This document shows positions 57,335 to 64,000 of a stretch of DNA of 64,000 nucleotides, piece after piece (the stretch's first letter is position 1; each line of letters starts with the position of its first letter). The stretch is from positions 41,788,001 to 41,852,000 of the forward strand of contig OX597836.1 in assembly GCA_951406725.2 (NCBI GenBank). The letters run 5' to 3'. The DNA comes from Octopus vulgaris (lineage: Eukaryota). The translations under genes and the position numbers were made by a program. Below the pieces are notes generated by a model that was not told the DNA's origin, did not search any database, and saw only the letters and a program-made list of their open reading frames with translations.

Positions 57335-57498
57335 AGGAAGAGTTCACGAAAAAACAAGACGAAGACAGGTGGTGTACAAAACAAACAGATGTATTAGTAT
57401 AACGTTCAGGAATAGAAAAGGTCTTTTACATTTCGACCCTACGCTCTTCAACAGAAAAGGGACACAGAAATAACAAGGAGAGAAAAAAAGGAGAGAAA
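57335..57498 (-). mobile_element. Short element of the 15785-15950 family with decayed hammerhead (57423-57459)
   Basis: CUUUU-CUGUUGA-A-GAGC(GUAG)GGUC-GAAA-UG-UA-AAAG. Confidence 0.65.
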
Positions 57499-60400
57499 TG
57501 TATGTATATATTTATGCATGCATGTATGTATATATGTATGTATGTATGCATGCATGTATGCATGCATGTATGTATGTATGTATGTATGTATGTATGTATG
57601 TATGTATGTATGTATGTATGTATGTATGTATGTACGTATGTATGTATGTATGTGTATATGTATGCATGTATGTATGTATTCATGTATGTATATATGTATG
57701 CATGCATGTATGTATATATGTATGTATGTATGCATGCATGTATGCATGCATGTATGTATGTATGTATGTATGTATGTATGTATGCATGCATGTATGTATA
57801 TATGTATGTATGTATGCATGCATGTATGCATGCATGTATGCATGCATGTATGTATGTATGTATGTATGTATGTATGTATGTACGTATGTATGTATGTATG
57901 TGTATATGTATGCATGTATGTATGTATTCATGTATGTATATATGTATGTATGCATGCATGTATGCATGCATGTATGTATGTATGTGTGTATGTATGTATG
58001 TATGTATGCGTTTGTGTGTATGTGTGTGTGTGCGCGCTTGTGCGTGCATGTGTGTGTCTGTGTGTGTGTTTGTGAGAGTGTGGCAGGCTGCAAACATTAT
58101 GATGCACAAAATGAGTGCACTCAATACTTTTGGCTTAGTGCAACATTTAATTCATAACAGCTGATATTAACTGATATTAAGGCGGCGAGCTGGCAGAAAC
58201 GTTAGCACGCCGGGCGAAATGCTTATCGGTATTTCGTCTGCCGCTACGTTCTGAGTTCAAATTCCGCCGAGGTCGACTTTTCCTTTCATCCTTTCGGGGT
58301 CGATTAAATAAGTACCAGTTACGTACTGGGGTCGATATAATCTACTTAATCTGTTTATCTGTCATTGTTTATCCTCTCTGTGTTTAGCCCCTTGTGGGTA
58401 GTAAAGAAAGTGATATTAACTGGTTGTTCCATGTGTCAGTCGTACAGCAAGCTTCCTTCCTTCTTTATAGAAATCATCAGGTTTCTTTAAAAACAAAGAA
58501 TTTCTCTCAAGTATCGAATACGATTTTGTACTTAACAAAGCTGCTTCCTTTTCACATCCGCCTGGTGATTCTTACATGACAAAGTATATGCCAAGGCGAT
58601 AAACACGTAATCGGGAAATAACCACTGCCACCACCACCAACAACAAGTGGAGGCGCAATGGCCCAATTGTTAGGGCAGCGGACTAGCGGTCGGAGGATCG
58701 CGGTTTCGATTTCCAGACCGAGCGTTGTGTGTATTTATTGAGCGAAAATACCTAAAGCTCCATGAGGCTCCGGCAGGTGGTGGTGGCGACCCCTGTTGTA
58801 CTCTTTCGCTCCAACTTTCTCTCACTCTTTCTTCCTGTTTCTTGTCCCCGACTTCCTACGCAACCGCTGAGCCTGGATGCGCATTTATCCATCCGTCGAT
58901 GCTCTCGGTGTCGGGGGTTGACCTGCTTTCTCTTCTGCGGGTTTTACGAATAGCAAAGGACCACCTTCTCCCATCTTGCGAGCTCTGGGACGAAGACCGC
59001 TTCGCTCAACATCAACATCATCATCACCGACAACAACAACAATGTGTGTATGTGTACTATTTTATTCTTTTACATGTTTCATTCATTTGATTGCGACCAT
59101 GCTGGAGTACCGCCCTATTGGGTTATAGTCGAAGAAATCGACCCCAAGACTTATTCTTTGTCAGCGTAGTACTTATTCTATCGATCTCTTTTGCCGAAAC
59201 GCTAAGGGGACATAAACACACCAGTATCAGTTGCCAAGCAATGTTGGGGGGAACAACACAGATAATACATACACGCACACATACACACACACAACATAAA
59301 GTAGAAAGGATTATCTTTCTTGTCCTTGTTTCAGTCATTAGACCGCGGCCATGCTGGAACACCTCCATGAAGAATTTTAGTCAATCTTACCGGCCCCAGT
59401 ATTTATTACTTTTTTCTGTAAAACCTGCTACTTATTCTAACTTTGCGGAACCTCAGTTAGGGGGACATAAACACAACAACACCAATTGTCAAATAGTGGT
59501 GGGGGAAGACAAACACACACACACACACACATATTCATACATATATATACGACAGGCTTCTTTCAGTTTCCGATTACCAAATCTACTCACAAGCCTGATA
59601 CTATAGTAGAAGACACTTGCCCAAAGTGCCATGCAGTGGAACTGAACCCGGAACAGTGTGGCTGGAAAGCAGACTTCTTACCACAAAGCCACGCCTGCAC
59701 CTAGTTAACGTCTTAATTTCCCATACGTATTTCTTTACTGTCCACAAGGGGCTAAACACAGAGGGGACAAACAACGACAGACAAACGGATTAAGTCGATT
59801 ACATTGACCCCAGTGCGTAACTGGTACTTAGTTAATCGACCCCGAAAGGATGAAAGGCAAAGTCGACCTCGGCGGAATTTGAACTCAGAACGTAGCGGCA
59901 AAGGAAATACCTATTTCTTTACTACCCACAAGGGGTCAAACACAGAGGGGACAAACAAGGACAGACAAACGGATTAAGTCGATTATATCGACCCCAGTGC
60001 GTAACTGGTACTTATTTAATCAACCCCCGAAAGGATGAAAGGCAAAGTCGACCTCGGCGGAATTTGAACTCAGAACGTATCGGCAGACGAAATACGGCTA
60101 CGCATTTCGCCCGGCGCGCTAACGTTTCTGCCAGCTCGCCGCCTTAATTTCACATACCATCGCAATCGACTTTGCCCTCTATCCATTTTGGGCTCATAAA
60201 ATAAATTACTAAATGAGTGTTTTACCAGGGCACAGTAAGAAAACGAGTAAAGGGGTACGAATCGTAGAAACATTAGTTTTCTGGCAGATATTTTTTTAAA
60301 AATCCCAGTCAGCAGCAGTTTCCAAGAGCAACCATAGTGAATGCACGAGATTTGACATGGCTGCAGTTAACTATTATTTACCATCGATTGCCATAAACAG

Positions 60401-62515
60401 GAATAATTTTGAACTCGGTTAAAAAGAAAAAAAAAATCGCGGAACTTCTAAGGAAGCCTCATGTAGATATAATCACAAGTATTGATCTTTCGTCTTTATA
60501 GATAAACAGATCGATATTTTCCTTGGTATCGCTTGATCACTTTGTTTCCATTAGATCTCGGATTTCGATTAATATGGTAAAGGGAAAGGAGATGGGAGCA
60601 AGAGAAATCCAATGACGTCAGAACCCTCCAATCCATCCTAAACATAAATGTGTGCACTACTTGATAGGAAAGGCATGAATATCACAACATGGCGTTTCTT
60701 TCGGGCAGTCAAGAGGCCGTTACTCGGTTTCCCATGGCTTATAAGTGTCCAAGGTTACAATATTGCCCTGAAAAGAAAGTCGGTCAGCTGCAGGGTTCAA
60801 GGTCAGAAATTGGGAGGGAAGGGGACCTCTGTGGGATTCGAACTCAGAACGCAAAAAGTCGGATGAAATACCGCCAGGAATTTTGTCCGACGTGCGAACA
60901 ATTCTATCAAATTACTGTCTTTGATATTACTTCTCGATAAATCTTTTCTTCAATTTTTTTTAATACGCCCTTTTAAAGATTAGCCAGGCTCATGGGCCCG
61001 GTTTCCCGATTTCTATGACATATGTGTTCCCCAGCTGGACGGGACGCCAGTCCACCACAGCGTTATTCATTTTTGCCAGCTGAGTGGACGGGAGCAACGT
61101 GAAATGAAGTGTTTTGCTCAAGAACACAACACGTCGCCCGGTCCAGGAATCGAAACCACAATCTTACGATCATGATGCTGACACCCTAACCACAAAGCCA
61201 CACGCCTCCACCTCGATAAATCTACTGAGTATTTAATACTTAATGGCGATGGGATGCCAGCAACACCAGAGTGCTGAAGCTGATTGCTCCAGCTGGCCAA
61301 ACTGTGTTGTTTCTAAATTTTGGCATAGAAGAAAGGAAGAAGGAATGGAATGACAAAATCTCAGAGAAATCTCAGAGATACATACTGTAGCAGTATAGTA
61401 TTTTAAAAGCCTATAATCTATTTCTTTACTACCCACAAGGGGCTAAACACAGAGAGGACAAACAAGGACAGACAAACGGATTTAGTTGATTATATCGACC
61501 CCAGTGCGTAAGTGGTACTTATTTAATCGACCCCGAAAGGATGAATGGTAAAGTCGACCTCGGCGGAATTTGAACTCAGAACGTAGCGACAGACGAAATA
61601 CCTATTTCTTTACTACCCACAAGGGGCTAAACACAGAGAGGACAAACAAGGACAGACAAACGGATTTAGTTGATTATATCGACCCCAGTGCGTAAGTGGT
61701 ACTTATTTAATCGACCCCGAAAGGATGAAAGGTAAAGTCGACCTCGGTGGAATTTGAACTCAGAACGTAGCGACAGACGAAATACTGTTGAGCATTTCGC
61801 CCGTCGTGCTAACGTTTCGGCCAGCTCGCCAGCCAATAATCTAATTACGTTCTTCCAAAGCGACTCATAAACTTAACCAAAATTTGTCTCATTGTGGCAC
61901 GTTTTAGTATCAAGGATTAAGTGATAACAAAGGGTTTATAACGAATCCAGAGAAGACTCCAGCAAGCAGCACTACTAAACTAAAAAAACTTGCATATTGA
62001 CCGACATGTGAGAGACACCACCACTTCGTCGAAAGTAAAAATCTCTTATAGGCGTGCTGTGACTAAAATACGAGTGACTTGCCTGTCGGCAGAGTATATG
62101 CATTAAGTATGATACATAGATAGCTATTTTAATTTTATACTCTTTGAATTGCGTACACCGAGTTGTTTATTCAGCGTAGCGGCTGTTCGCAGTGTCAGTG
62201 AATATATTATTCACAGCTTCCCATATTGGAGGCGAGAAAATCTCGCCCAAGCATACTTATGGCCGCGTGCATGTCATTGACAAGGGCCAATAAAGTGGGA
62301 ATTGCATCTGGCGTTCTTGCTATCCCAGCAGCTGGGACAGTTTTATCGCCCCTCTCCGATATATATCGTGTTTTTTAACAAAGCACCTCCGAAGGAAATT
62401 TATCTTCCACGGAAACCGAGGTAGCTTGCCTGTCTTTAAATATGATACAGGAATGCCAATATATACATGCATACATACATACAGACATGCATACATACAT
62501 ACATACATACATACA

Positions 62516-62547
<32 letters not shown>

Positions 62548-62549
62548 AA

Positions 62550-62920
62550 CTAATCGACTGGCCCTCTCCCCCAAAATTTCGGGTCTTAACGGCATTTCGT
62601 CCGTCTTTTCGTTCTGAGTTCAAATTCCGCCGAGGTCGACTTTGCTTTTCATCCTTTCGGGGTCTAATAAATTAAGTACCCTTTGTGTACTGGGATCGAT
62701 CTAATCGACTGGCCCACTCCCGCAAAATTTCGGGTCTTAACGGCATTTCATCAGTCTTTTCGTTCTGAGTTCAAATTCCGCCGAGGTCGACTTTGCTTTT
62801 CATCATTTCGGATTCGATAAAACGAGTACCAGTTAAGCACTGGGGAGGGGCAGGGGCGATCTAATCAACTTCCCCACTTACCCGAGGTTTCTGGACTTGC
62901 GCCAAAATTTGAAACCAATA
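62550..62920 (+). mobile_element. Alternative-tail SINE-A tandem, ~151-bp period
   Basis: ctaatcgactggccc...aaaatttcgggtc|ttaacggcatttc at 62550 and 62701. Confidence 0.8.
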
Positions 62921-63172
62921 TTTGAGCAAGTGATAAATACCATTTTCTTATATCCCGGTTACTCTTGCATTTTTATTGCCGGGTCATAGTGCTAGTGCAT
63001 GCATATACAGCTGCGTGCGTGCGCACATACACACGAGTACTGTCCAAATCTTCGACCAATCACATACAGCTAGCTGGCATTCAATTGGCGTATCAAGTTT
63101 CGGGCATTTTGATTGGGTTTTGGATAGAAAATTCACAAAAAAGTCACTTTTATTGATTTTTAATGGCTTTGA

Positions 63173-63786
63173 GGGGTGACTGGGAAAATGTAAAGATGTG
63201 CACGACCACCCTTGGACGGCTTTGAATGACCATAGAAAGTGCGAGCCCTCTAACTGAAAAATTTGTATAAAGGACACACACACAGACAGACATTTTGCCG
63301 TTTATATATAGAGAGATTTGTGGGGTGACTGGGGAAATGTAAAGAGGTGCACGACCACCCTTGGACGGTTTTGAATGACCATAGAAAGTGCGAGCCCTCT
63401 AACTGAAAAATTGTTGATTTGTATAAAGGACACAAACGCAGACAGACATTTTGCCGTTTATATATAGAGAGATTTGTGGGGTGACTGGGGAAATGTAAAG
63501 ATGTGCACGACCACCCTTGGACGGTTTTGAATGACCATAGAAAGTGCGAGCCCTCTAACTGAAAAATTGTGGATTTGTATAAAGGACACGCACACAGACA
63601 TACATTTTGCCGTTTATATATAGAGAGACTTTTGGGGTGACTGGGGAAATGTATTGATGTGCATGACCACCCTTGGACGGGTTTGAATGACCATAGAAAG
63701 TGCGAGCCCTCTAACTGAAAAATTGTGGATTTGTATAAAGGACACACACACAGACAGACATTTTGCCGTTTATATATGTAGAGATT
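63173..63786 (-). repeat. Four tandem ~156-bp units resembling the 5' end of a non-autonomous Helitron-like element
   Basis: Units start on + at 63173, 63322, 63478, 63634; minus strand begins tctctatatataaacggcaaaatgtctgtctgtgtg. Confidence 0.7.
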
Positions 63787-64000
63787 CCCTCGTACTCTCA
63801 TCAGCAGCTTTCCTCATGTACATCATTTAATAATAATTCCGTCATCTTTGACGGTTCGGATACTGTAATATTTCTTTTAAAAAAAAACAGTTTACACACA
63901 ATACTTACTCGTCTTCCGTACTTTGACAGCCGGAAGGCGAGGTAAGTGGTCCCTGATGAAACTTGAGAAAGATTAAGATATTATCATAATGTCCTCACTT

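Noticed and set aside
62195-62340. Three short hairpins as structured RNA
   Set aside because: Stems of 6-7 bp are expected by chance; no family motif.
63953-64000. ctgatga near window end
   Set aside because: No convincing stem II/GAAA/stem I; context truncated.

Overview
AT-rich, non-coding eukaryotic DNA with no recognisable intact protein-coding gene. The long ORFs in the track are translations of microsatellites. The SINE families and extreme (TA)n/(TATG)n/(GATA)n/(TAA)n density suggest an octopus (coleoid cephalopod) intergenic or intronic region; this is inference from recognition, not a database result. Contents: four tRNA-derived SINE families (working names A-D), decayed Penelope-like elements (PLEs), R4/Dong, RTE and probable L1/Tx1 fragments, Tc1 and mariner pseudogenes, several MITEs and a U6 snRNA retro-chimera. 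Main candidates for something new: (1) about 13 minimal type-I hammerhead ribozyme motifs (some decayed) in short TA-embedded elements, including copies whose catalytic 3:8 pair is compensatorily changed to U3-A8 or A3-U8, and one sitting downstream of a tRNA-like Pol III head; (2) SINE-A head-to-tail multimers joined at the same nucleotide at many separate loci; (3) a SINE-A tail shared with a (GATA)n-embedded LINE. Coordinates were read by eye and repeat boundaries are approximate.
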